From NCBI GenBank assembly GCA_964252035.1, contig OZ176200.1: a DNA stretch of 64,000 nucleotides. One strand, written 5' to 3'. Origin of the DNA: Podarcis erhardii. Taxonomy: Eukaryota. The first letter of the stretch is position 1, and each line of letters starts with the position of its first letter. Shown piece after piece: positions 12,736 to 24,188 of the stretch. The position numbers were made by a program, and so were the translations under genes. A model generated the notes under the pieces. It had not been told where the DNA came from, made no database searches, and saw only the letters and a program-made list of their open reading frames with translations.

Positions 12736-14984
12736 TTAAAAAGGTAACAAGCTTTCCCAGCAGCGAACAGCATGGCGGTGCTGTACTCCTCCCCTGACCT
12801 CTGGCTGGTGTGTTGCTGCATTATCCTGAGATGGGGAGGAGTACAGTGGCAGCAAGGTTGGCATGGTGCAAGTGCACTGGCGGAGCCAATCTAGTATTCC
12901 TGGTGGTGCATTTGGAAAGTCTGATTCACGCTCCTCACCCTCTCCCTCATTGTATGTGACAACGTCTCAGTTGGACAGAGTTGGGCAGCACAGCCCCGGG
13001 CTGCTGGCTATACGTTTGCCAGAGAGAAGGGGGGTTAGTAATGGCCTCTTGCTTTGGGACACTCGCCCACGTAACCTGTCAGGATTGAAGCCTTTAATCA
13101 ACCAAGAAAGGTCTCCCTGCTTCTCCCAACTACTGGCCCTTTAATTGGTCATTTTTTGAACTAGCAAGACCTGGGGGACCTTTACTAACTGAAAGCTCTA
13201 ATCCTAAATAAACTTCCTTAGAAGTAAGTCCACTTAACTGAATGGGACTTCCTTCTGGGTAAATATCTTGTTCATGATGATGGACACCGTGCAATTGTAC
13301 AGCCATCTTATTGTCTGTACCATGGCCTTTTGTACATGCTACTAGACAGGAAACAACATGCAATCACTTCCTGCATCACTTTTGAAGCATATTTATCGGG
13401 AATGGCAGAGCTTTGAAGCTGATCCAAGCTACTTTACAGTATTAAAGTAAGAACAGGAGTGAGAGCAGGGCTTCAGTACGCTTGCTAGGTATTCCTCGGG
13501 TGGAGCAGGGATGGTGAGAGACATTTTACACACAGATTTTTAGGATCTCCCTGGATTTCTTTAAAAAAATCTGCTAGGGAACAGGGAGGGATGTACTTTA
13601 ATATGGGAAGAGGACAAGAGAGGCTGAGACTGAGTCATCCAAACCTAGTTAGCACTCTGAGTTTGCTATTAAAGGGAGTGAGATTAAGGGCAGTCACGAT
13701 TTGCATTCTACTTCTAGTCAACTGTGGAAGAGCAATAACTCAGCAGGGCTGCTAAAGTACAGTTACTGTTTACAGTGGTAGGAGGTATATATAAGTTCAG
13801 TGATTACAGTTCTGCGTTGGGTCAGAGATCTATCCTTAAGGCTTAATGGGAGGGCAGCCTGCTATTTTCAGAGCAAACATGCACAGAACGACAAGAAGCT
13901 GCCAAGTTGTTATATCAGGGATAACCAGGATACAGTAAAATTGTATCCATCTTGCTCCACTCTGAAAAAGCACTCTCTGTAAGTACCCTGCATTCCAGAG
14001 AATGGCTTGGCAGGAGGGATGGGTACCTTTCCCAGTTATATATATCAGCAACAGTTTCCTTACATCGCCCCTGTCAAGCTAAGAGAAAAGGAAAAAATAA
14101 CGCCCCACTAGAGAGTGTCACAGAAGCCCTTACCAGCATGATCTAATTGGTCATGCAACTTCTCAAAAGCTTCCTTCTCAAATGATAATAATAATTTTTA
14201 AAACCTCTTCCTGTACTTTAGGGGATTTATAGCATTTATGTTTGTGTGTGCATGGATTAATTCTTATCCATAAGTGGTAAAAACGGCAAGAGGCTTTGCA
14301 GGATCCTTGTTAAATCAGATGAGCAGAAACACATCACTCCCTAGCAGCAAATTCACCCAAAAGAATTCATTTTACTCACCTCTGTTTCAGGGTAGTCCTA
14401 CATGTTACTGCGGGAAGCAGGCTGGACCCCCCCCCCCGGAAGTGATAGTTGAACCCTTAGCCGATAAATATTTACAAATTACACATCTGGGAGCCATATT
14501 TGCTTTGGCAGCTAAGAAGCTCCAGTCCAGTTATGTTAATGCATCATACTTTATGCTGTTGATTTTCATGCTGCAGACTTCTATGCTGTAGATGTTACTG
14601 GTAATGTTGTGCGATTTTAGAGGAATCCCTTTGTTGTTCATTGTGAAGGCCTTTGGCTACATACAATAAATTGATTGATTGATACTGAGAGAAGCATAAA
14701 CCAAGTGTTCACCTCACTGCGCTAAAGTGAGGGAGAGGGAGGTATCTGCAGGGGAGAAGGGTTTATCCTTCCCCTGAAAGTCTATTATTTGCCAAAATAA
14801 TAATGCTTCCTTCCTCCTCCACACACTTATCTTCTTCACTTGTTCTTTCTGTCATCCCAGCTTAACTACGTATAGAGCCTCTATAGAGAAAGCATGATGT
14901 TAAGCAGTGCTAAAAACTAGCCGTTAGGGGCTGCTGTTTAAGACAGAAAGCCCTTTGATGGAGATTTCCATGCAGTGGCACAGC

Positions 14985-15592
14985 CAGTGGCGTAGCGTGG
15001 GGGGTGCAGGGGGGGCCGGCCGCACCGGGCGCAACATCTTGGGGGGGCGCACTCACCGCCTCCGGAGTCGTCGAAGAGCCTCGGGCGCAGGCTGTAGCAG
15101 AGCCCCATGTCTCACAGAACCAACGAGCTGTGCGCACGTCTGGCCTGAAGGTGTCCGGCAGGCAGCGGCTCTCAGCGCTCGCCGCGGTCCCCGCGCTTCA
15201 GGGCCGCGGAGGGCGCGCCAGGCAGCCCCTCCTCACAGCCCCCCCCCGCCCCCGCCGCCGCCGCCGCTGCAGCTGCTGGGCCATGTTGCATTTTCCTCGC
15301 CTCTCTGCCCTCCTCCTCCTCCAGGCAAGCGGTGTCGTTTGGGCGGCAGTGCCAGCAGCAACTCGCCTCAGATCACCTGACACGGACCCGCTGCCGTGGC
15401 TACCTTACCGTAAACACCCCAGCCCAGGCAGCGGCAAGAAGAAGCTGGCAGCGGCGGCAGGTTAGGGGTTAGGGGCGCAAATTACTTGCCTTGCCCCAGG
15501 TTAGGGGGCGCAAATTACTTGCCTTGCCCCGGGTTAGGAGGTGCAAATTACTTGCCTTGCCCCGGGTGCTGACAACCCACACTACGCCGCTG
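14985..15592. mobile_element. Non-autonomous hAT-type element, long 'loaded' copy
   Basis: TIRs CAGTGGCGTAGCGTGGG / CCCACACTACGCCGCTG; perfect 8-bp TSD GGCACAGC; three subterminal ~34-bp repeats; GC-rich passenger about 15041-15459. Confidence 0.9.
15046..15108 (-). pseudogene. GNAL: Captured fragment of GNAL XL-isoform exon 1 (start codon region)
   Basis: Translates MGLCYSLRPRLFDDSGGGECA, 14/21 identical to recalled human XL-Golf MGLCYSLRPLLFGGPGDDPCA; then runs into TE terminus; no further GNAL sequence. Confidence 0.8.
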
Positions 15593-16009
15593 GGCACAGC
15601 TGCCTTCTGGGAAGTATAAATCAGCAAGGCCACACGCCTGGAGCAGGCCTGGATTGAGTCACACCACCAGGGTCACAACACTTGTGAGGATAGAGGAATT
15701 ATCCTTATACAGGGTCACTGAATTATAGTATGTGCAGCTAGATGGACAGTGACAACTCTGTGCCGCACATTGGGCAATTTTTTAAAAAATTACCTTTAGA
15801 AATACTTAAAGCAATTTATGAAACCCAGATATTTAAGGACTGTTTGAACACACCACAGTGGCAGAAAATTAAAAGTTTTTGTCCCTAGGTACCAAACTTT
15901 CAATAGCTCTAGCTTTGCACAACAGAAAACACCCTGACAACCCGCAGCCTTCTGCAAAATTCCTACTTCCTAGCTCTTCACCACTCAACTTTTCAATTCC
16001 AGTCCATTA

Positions 16010-16250
16010 CAGTGGTACCTCGGGTTACATACGCTTCACGTTACAGATGCTTCATGTTACAGACTCAGCTAACCCAGAAATAGTACCTCGGGTTAAGAAC
16101 TTTGCTTCAGGATGAGAACAGAAATCATGCTCCGGCGGCACGGCAGCAGCAGGAGGCCCCATTAGCTAAAGTGGTCTTCAGGTTAAGAACAGTTTCAGGT
16201 TAAGAACGGACCTCCGGAATGAATTAAGTACTTAACCCGAGGTACCACTG
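16010..16250 (+). mobile_element. Tc1/mariner MITE family A
   Basis: CAGTGGTACCTCGGGTTA...TAACCCGAGGTACCACTG, TA TSD; five copies in window. Confidence 0.9.
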
Positions 16251-16799
16251 TATTAACCTCTCCTGCATCCTGAAGAGTGCTTTGAGATCGGTCTTTGCTC
16301 TTAGTTTTCCTCACAATACTTTGTTTGTGGGCGCACTCACTCACTTTCATTGCCTTATCACAGAAAATCTTCCTGCTGAGGTAAGGCATTTGTCTTATCA
16401 GATAAAAACTTGTATCGCTTCAGTTTTTATTATATTAGTGGTTGGCTTTAATTGCTGTGAGCTGCCTTGAGTGGTGTGAAGGCACCAGAAAAGCAGGAAA
16501 CACATTTTTATATAACTAAATACATTTGCAGGGGAGAATCAGTGGCGGGGGGGGGGGGAGTTAAGCATCCCTACCTCCTGCCCAGCAATTTTTCCTTGTG
16601 TCAGCGCACATCTGCCAAGAGAGCATCTAATCTGGACCTAAGAGGAGTATTGTGGTGCATCTCAATTCCCCTTTCCTCTAGTTACCCACCTCTCTTTCCC
16701 TAGAAACACATTCAAAAAGTTACAGGCATATCTTAGGAAGTAAATCAATGCAATATCTTAGGGATGCTACACATTTAAACCAGCCTTTCTACAATATGA

Positions 16800-17128
16800 G
16801 GGACGTGGGTGGTGCTGTGGGTTAAACCACAGAGCCTAGGACTTGCCGCTGAGAAGGTTGGTGGTTCGAATCCCCACGACAGGGTGAGCTCCCATTGCTC
16901 AGTCCCAGCTCCTGCCAACCTAGCAGTTCGAAAGCACATCAAAGTGCAAGTAGATAAATAGGTACCACTCCAGAGGGAAGGTAAACGGCGTTTCTGTGTG
17001 CTGCTCTGGTTTGCCACATGACCTGGAAGCTGTACATCGGCTACCTTGGCCAGTAAAGCGAGATGAGCGCCACAACCCCAGAGTTGTTCACGAATGGACC
17101 TAATGGTCAGGGGTCACTTTACCTTTAC
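16800..17128 (+). mobile_element. Sauria SINE
   Basis: Near full length; TSD TTCTACAATAT (16787-16797 / 17129-17139). Confidence 0.92.
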
Positions 17129-17436
17129 TTCTACAATATATAAAAATGCTCTTGGACCTCTTGGCAAGCCTTTACTCCAAACTGTGGTCCCCGCATCTTC
17201 CTCCTACCAACCTTTTAAAAAATAAACAAAATGCTATACTTTCTGTTAGTCCCTCCAATGCACAGTTCATTTAGCTAGGACAAGCACAGCCTCACACTGC
17301 AAATAGTAGAAGTCACAGGCACATGTGCCAAGGATTTCAGCCAAATAGCTCCAAAGCTCTTCCAAAGCAGGAAGCAGCTCCTGCAGAGTTTCCCCCTATA
17401 CTTACCTGCTGAATAGCGGTGGTATAAAGGACTTAC

Positions 17437-17540
17437 TTGTATGTTTTGGTTCTGTCCAACCAGAGGCCAGTGATCAAAGCTCCAACCATGCCAGCCACGA
17501 CAATGGTGAGGCCAATGCGACCAGCGTTCAGCTGCTCATC
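17437..17540 (-). CDS. FLVCR2: FLVCR2 exon 5 (104 nt)
   Basis: gcAG|[36 protein letters not shown]|GTAAGT. Confidence 0.95.
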
Positions 17541-18258
17541 CTGCATCAGCAACACACAAATGCACAGAGCAGTTTGCTTTCAAGCACACAAACAGCTGGA
17601 GGGACAACAGGAGACCTCAGGGTGGAACCAAGAGCACTGAAAACCGATGTGGTACACAGGACCCAGGGGGTAGGCTGGGACCAGAGAGACCCTGCTCAAG
17701 GCTCCACTCCAGCAGTGAGGCTCACTAGGTGAGAATCAACCTTCGGGCAATGGAATGAGAACCTGCTCCAGCCTGAGGACCACATACTCACATGCACAAT
17801 TTCCCAAGGGCAGCATGCCAGTGATTAAAGAGGCCGGCAGCAAAAGTGGGCATGGACTAGGGAGAATCTGGAGGCATTATCAGCACTACTAGGCTTTGAA
17901 GACACTGTTGGGAGGTGGTATTATATTCCTGATCCACACACGTACACAAAATCAGGAGTGTTTCTCCCATGCACAAGGCTTAAAATGACATTCTGCTTGG
18001 AATACGCATGCATGAAATCTGCCTTGATTTTTCGAATGCCTCTCTTCCTTTTCCCCTTGAGCATCAGAAAATGACTGAGTGCTCACATACATGGAATTAA
18101 GAGGCTCAGAAATTATTTTCAGCCTCGTGTTCTCAGGCTCTCGCCTTCGTTCTTCATTCTAAGGTTCCCCTAGAACAGAGGATCACAGGCATCTATTATG
18201 CAGCAAGGGCCAGTGTCCTGAAGGGGAAGCTATGACACCTGAACAGAATGTCACTTAC

Positions 18259-18326
18259 CTTATAGTGGCTGATCACCATGCGGGTGAGTAGGGTCGAGAG
18301 AGCATAGAAGCAGCCTGTGTTTAAAC
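18259..18326 (-). CDS. FLVCR2: FLVCR2 exon 4 (68 nt)
   Basis: ccAG|(G)LNTGCFYALSTLLTRMVISHYK|GTAAGT. Confidence 0.94.
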
Positions 18327-20611
18327 CTGGAAGGTAGATAACAAGACAGCAAATTCATAGCGTGCCCTGGATTATGAGACACACAGCAGCACTGCCAGGT
18401 CTCAACCACAAAATCCAGTGAGGTCAAAGCTAAATCGGGGTTTGAACCCTTGTTAAAGTCTGGACAAACACACATAGACCAGCTTTGTTGTCTTCGCAAT
18501 CTTGATACTAATCTTCAGGTATTTCCTGAACACACACAACACCCTTTCCTCTTCCTGCAATTGTACACTTGAGTTTATTTATTGGGACAGGGGGGAAATT
18601 AAGAAATACAGTACTGAAATGCAGGCACACAGACAGGACAATGACTAGAAGAGGGCATTACTTTGGAACAAGCATCATTCATTCACATCAAAGCTGTTGT
18701 CTCATTAGCCAGGTAGGAGCCGGAGGGAGGGTAGAGATAATGAAAAACCCAGAGCACAGGTGAGAGGGATGCAGTACACAGGGATGCAGTCTGCAATTCC
18801 TCTTTCACAATTTTCTAGAGGAGACCATCTGAATAACTGGGCACAGCCTTTGATGTACACTTTTATTGCAGCCCAGCTCTCCCCACAAGGCCAGCCGCTG
18901 CCGCTGTCACCATTCCTACTTCTAAAATAGTGTGGTGTTTCTTCACAGCTCCATCAATGTCTCTAGCGGAGCCTTTCTCTGCGTTTCAGTTTCCGTGTTT
19001 AACGGGAAGGAGACAAATGAGCTGTTTCAACATCCCCAAAGCACAATGCAGCAGTTTGGATTCCTAAAGGGGACTTGTCAGAACAATAACGAAATGCACA
19101 AACTGCACAGATTCATCACTGGCCTCTGCCCACAGTAGAATTAATTGCCGCAGACACAGCAGTGATTTCTAAACCTTTCATCGCTATCGATCCTTTTCTT
19201 TAAAGTTAGGACCTGATTTGTATGATCAGGTCCAAGAGATCAGTGACAGTTCACTGCCCTTCTGCTCAGTGTGGACGGTAATATCAATCATCATCATCAC
19301 CATCACCACCATCATCTCAGTAGGATGGACTGCTAGTTTGACCACACTTACAATGAATCCAAATTCTGCCAGCAGTGCTGTGGCAAAAAAAACAACACTG
19401 CAGAATATTTAACATGGCCATACAGAACGCAGAATGGAAAGCCTGTTATTTACAAAAGGGAGATAAACCACACAGAAGGAAGTCAAGAACTCCCAGTCGA
19501 GAGACATGACAGTGAACTTTGAATACTCCTGTCTTCTTCAGGAGGAAGGTCGATTGCAATCACTCTGGCACACTCTTCAAACAATCAGCAAGCCAACCAC
19601 CGAGGAAGTGATAAGGCAGGCAAGATGCTGACAGCACACATTCCAGGGGACCATCTGACCCTGAACATAGGCAGCAGCACACCTTGCCCTTTGTGCTACA
19701 CTGTTTTGACAGAGAAATGGGATGCATTGAAGGATATGCTTAAGGCCAATAACACAGTCTTGGCGGGGTGGAGGGTGGGGGAACTGGTAGAAGTCAGGAA
19801 CTTGCAAGGACTCTGGAATTCATTTCATGCCATTTGTACAAATAAAACCACATCCTTTCTCTTGTCACAAGACCACAGCATCACAAGATTTTAGTGTGAC
19901 CTTATAGAGAAGCATGCAGAGCCCTACTTGTTACAGCTGTCATTGCTGTAAAAGAAACAACCACATACACACACACACCCAAACCAATGCGTGACTTCAC
20001 TGAAAAGCTTCATGATAAATTTGGAAGCCAAAAGGAATGTCCTATTAATTTGTATGAGAAAATGAATGCCTGGCTAACTGCTCATTAGAGAAAGTTTTGT
20101 CATCTCCCTTTCTCCCCTAGTGCTTTTTGTTTGTTTGTTTGAACCTTATTAGAGTTTGAACCATTGGCAGAGTCTTGGGAAAGGGTGGAAAAAATTGCTT
20201 GTGGAGGCCAGATGAAGCCCCCGAACTGAGAGTTGGCTATCCCTGTTCCAGCCATGCTACTGCTATACCTACCTGCTCCCTGTCACAGTTTAATCCAAAG
20301 CAAGATTCACCCCCCACAATTCCCCCCACACACACCTAGCAATATTTAAGTCCAATGTAGCCACAGCAGTGCAGCTGTGGAATGATTATCTGGAGGGAGG
20401 GAAATAAGTGACACCCTGCCTCTATATAGTCCAAGATATACGAAATATTTGGTTGTTTTGGATGTTTTCAACCTGCTTATCTGTGAAAGGAGGCTGGGAA
20501 AGAGGTTAAAAGGAATAGTTTTCAAAACTATAGACTGGAAAAACCCTGGGATACTCTGGGAGGAAGGGCAGGATATAAATTGAATACATAAATCATAACA
20601 CATAATAACTG

Positions 20612-20853
20612 AAACAAAATAAAAAAATTAAAAAATCTTTCCAGTAGCACCTTAGAGACCAATTTAGTTATTGGTATGAGCTTTCGTGTGCATGGACACT
20701 TCTTCAGAAACCATGCACACGAAAGCTCATACCAATAACTAACTTAAAGTTGGTCTCTAAGGTGCTACTGGAAGGGATTTTTATATTTTTTTATATTTAT
20801 TTTATTTTGTTTTGACTACGGCAGACCAACACGGCTAGCTACCTGTAACTAGT
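20612..20853. mobile_element. Penelope-like fragment with inverted terminal duplication
   Basis: Arms about 20639-20695 and 20711-20773 are reverse complements; 12-bp flanking duplication ACATAATAACTG. Confidence 0.75.
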
Positions 20854-22023
20854 ACATAATAACTGGCTACACATTGCTTTGGACTGCCCTGGGCAAGATA
20901 AAGCAACCAACAAATTTAATACTAATAATAACTAAATGGCCTAAATGTGAGAAATGCTCTCAGGAAGATCCATTTCCATCCTTTTTTTTTTTAATTACTT
21001 TAATCCGTAACTGATCCCTGCCTCTTTCTTCTGAATTCCGTTCCACTGAATGACAGGGACAAAAGAGAGAGAGAAGACTTTCTGTCTGAAAGTCGTGCGT
21101 CTCTATTTCCTCAAAAGAATTCAAATGCAGAACAATAGTAGGACTGTCTCTAGCAACTAATTGTGATGCTCAGAGCAGCAGAGATGCCTGAATGCAAAAA
21201 GACTGCAGTACAGTACTGGTTCTGGAGGGATTAAGGAGAAGCAGGAACACTCTGCAAACTGTATTCCCACTCAAGACATCTTCTGCACTGTGCACAGGAG
21301 GAAGGAAAAAAAGACACCCCAAAATTGCTCCATCTCTTTCAGCCAGGAAGCCAAACCACCCAATCACTCCTTTGGCTACATAGCAGAACTGGAGCCAGAG
21401 CTCTCACAGCAATGAGAGGTCTGTCTTTACAACACTGCATACCCTGATCTCTCAAATAAACAAATAAGGTGGTTGTTGTCTAGAGCTAGAGAGAACCCAT
21501 AGAAAACAGGAGACATATCAATCTTTTCTGTTACTGTGGAGAGAGAACTGAACACAACCATCAAATCACTCTCGCTGTGCTAGGGCCCATAACTGAGACT
21601 TCTGTTGAGCAGAAGACATTGGGAGGAATTATGAGGCTTTGATTCTGTCTGGGCAAGCATTTCAGTTTGTCGGACAGAATAATTCCCCCTCTTCTCCTGC
21701 CACATGCTGTCCCCGGGGGTACTCCCATCCAACTCCTGAGTCAATTTTGGGGCAGGGTGTGTGTGTGCAGGAGGAGGGCGGGACAGGCCTACTGTGCAAG
21801 TGGAAGTCTTTGCTTAGGGCTTCTGCTGACAGGACTCCTCAGCTGAACCCTCCCCACACATTTCCACAGAACTTTACAACTCCTCCCTGTTTATAGATGC
21901 TTCCTCAAAGGAGGTTTCTTCATATTCTATTCAAAAACTTTCCCTTCCTTTTTATTTTCTCTGAGTTGCTGGTTTGTTAAAGGTTTTTTGGTGTGTGTGT
22001 TTGCAAAATTAGGAAGAAAAATA

Positions 22024-22281
22024 CCGTATTTTTTGCTCTATAAGACACACTTTTCCCCTCCTAAAAAGTAAGGGGAAATGTGTGTGCATCTTGTGGAGCG
22101 AATGCAGGCTGTGCAGCTATCCCAGAAGCCAGAACAGCAAGAGGGATTGCTGCTTTCACTGCATAGCGATCCCTCTTGCTGTTCTGGCTTCTGAGATTCA
22201 GAATATTTTTTTTTCCTTTTCCTCCTCCAGAAACTAGGTGCGTCTTGTGGTCTGGTGCGTCTTATAGAGTGAAAAATACGG
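22024..22281. mobile_element. Tc2/pogo-like MITE family B
   Basis: CCGTATTTTT / AAAAATACGG TIRs, TA flanks, internal palindrome CAGAAGCCAGAACAGCAAGAGGGAT. Confidence 0.88.
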
Positions 22282-22735
22282 TACTTGTTTTAAAGCTATC
22301 CCTCCGTACTGTGTTGGCAAATAGAGTTTCCAGTTTCAACCTTCATATTTAACTGACTGAGTTAAAAATATGAAATTGCATGTGCTCAGAGTTGTTGTTG
22401 TTTATCAAAGTTAGCAAACTGTGTCTTATGGAGTTTAGCATTTAAAGCAGTGGAATAAAGTGGGGTGGAAGAGAAATGTTCATTGTGTCTTCAATACTGA
22501 CACATGAAGAAATCAGAGGAGTGCCTCTAAACATTTTGATGATGGTGCTGACAGCAGCAAGAATCTTCTGTCAAGACTAAGTACAAGGAAGCTTTCTTCT
22601 TAATAAAAAGTTACAACCTTTTACATAGGTGGGGCTAACAGAAAGGGGAACACAAATCACAACAGATCATGGGATGTGGTTCTGACTGTGCTCTTTCCTC
22701 ACAAAATATTAGTTGCAGACTGTCTTAAAGGAAAT

Positions 22736-23232
22736 TGTTTTTTTTTTATTAAATTTTGACATAAATATATTTCGCAAACGTACAAAAGACAGAATGAAAA
22801 AGAAAAAAACAGAAAAAGGGGGGGGGGAGAAAAAGAAAAAGAGAAAAAAAAGAAATACATGAAATACATACAACTTTAATGACATTGATCGACTTCCCTT
22901 TATCTCGATTTCGGAAAATATTACCTTGTTTATCTATCTGCTGTGTCTATTCCTTAATAAAACTTTTTACGTAGTAAGTGTTATCTCATGCCTACTGTGA
23001 TTTCTGTAAGTACATATGTGTTTCTGATCAACATTTTGATTTTCCCCTTGTCTCTATTTCCATATATATCCTAAATTTGTCCCATTCATTTTTAAATTTT
23101 AAACTTCTTTGATTTCTTATTTTCTGTGTCAATTTAGCCAGAGATTGGATGCTTTGGTATGTGTCTTTCTAAAAGCTGAATTAATTTTAATTGTATTTTA
23201 TCTTTAACTCGATTTGGAATGTTTTCTGTGTT
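22736..23232 (-). mobile_element. L1-clade LINE 3' fragment
   Basis: NEWDKFRIYMEIET C-terminal motif on minus, T-rich UTR and poly(A) (poly-T on plus at 22736). Confidence 0.75.
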
Positions 23233-23403
23233 GTTGGTTTTTTTAAAGGACGGCTTATTACAAAAGGAGTTGCAGTTTTATACTTAAGCTTGCTGCCTTG
23301 AGTACTGTATGGCACAAAGGCAGCCTAAGAATTAAAGAAAACGAATGAATGACAGAGAAACTGCCATGTTGGCTGCTTCTTATCAGCAGGAAAGGAACCT
23401 TAC

Positions 23404-23544
23404 CATAACTGACTATTAGAAGCACAAAGTTGACATTGCGAAACAGACGGACAATAGATTGCAGATAGGAATATTCCTCAGGTGATGCTGTATAGATCAA
23501 GGCTTGGGCCCGGCTCGGAGGATATGCAGGCTTTTCCTTGAACA
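23404..23544 (-). CDS. FLVCR2: FLVCR2 exon 3 (141 nt)
   Basis: AG|(V)FKEKPAYPPSRAQALIYTASPEEYSYLQSIVRLFRNVNFVLLIVSY-G|GTAAGG; phases fit neighbours. Confidence 0.95.
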
Positions 23545-24046
23545 CTATGGAAAGAGCACAGAACCAGAAATTAGGGATGGATTGGACGCTGTGCCCAACT
23601 CTGCAGAACAAACATAGGAGCATTGGCAAAGAACCTTGCAGAGCAGGGGCTGATTTTGACAGAAGGGTGGGGCCTCAGCCTGTCAATCACCTGATGTCAC
23701 ATGATCTCCTTTGGCCCTTATGAGTGATTTAGATGGCGATGAAGCCATGGAAGCTTCAGCAATCAACTGATCACCGCCACTTGCATGGCATGTGTATGGC
23801 ACTTTGCAAGCCCTGGTGGTTAGCTGATGAGAAGCCGATTTCAGAAAAGAATAAACCTATCTGGTGCAAACTTTAGTCATCATTCTCACCTAGAGGTTTG
23901 TCATATGGATTTACTATTTCCAGACAGTACATATTTTACAGGAAGCAGGTGTCAAAAAGAGAAGTTCACGATTTCCGGATTTCACAAAGTGTCCAAACCT
24001 GATTTATAAATCAGCCTTAAACTGTATCCCACTTAAGTCTACTTAC

Positions 24047-24188
24047 CAAAAGCTACTAAGATGAAGAGTGCTGTTGCCACAGCTGCAGTCATAAAAAACA
24101 TGATGCTAATATGATAGGCCAGCTTCTCCTCCTCTTCCACATCGGGAACCAGAACTGGAGGCAGGAGGAAACCCACTGCAATGCCAAG
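24047..24188 (-). CDS. FLVCR2: FLVCR2 exon 2 (142 nt)
   Basis: tttAG|[48 protein letters not shown]|GTAAGT; size matches recalled human FLVCR2 exon 2. Confidence 0.95.

Noticed and set aside
14955-15465. Plus-strand ORFs of 141 and 153 aa in the GC-rich passenger
   Set aside because: They span TE ends and passenger; the informative frame is the short minus-strand GNAL-like one.
19209-19294. Box C/D snoRNA-like pattern on minus (ATGATGA...CTGA...CTGA) and a 9-bp hairpin
   Set aside because: Box C falls in a (GAT)n microsatellite, there is no terminal stem, it is short, and only ~7 nt match rRNA.
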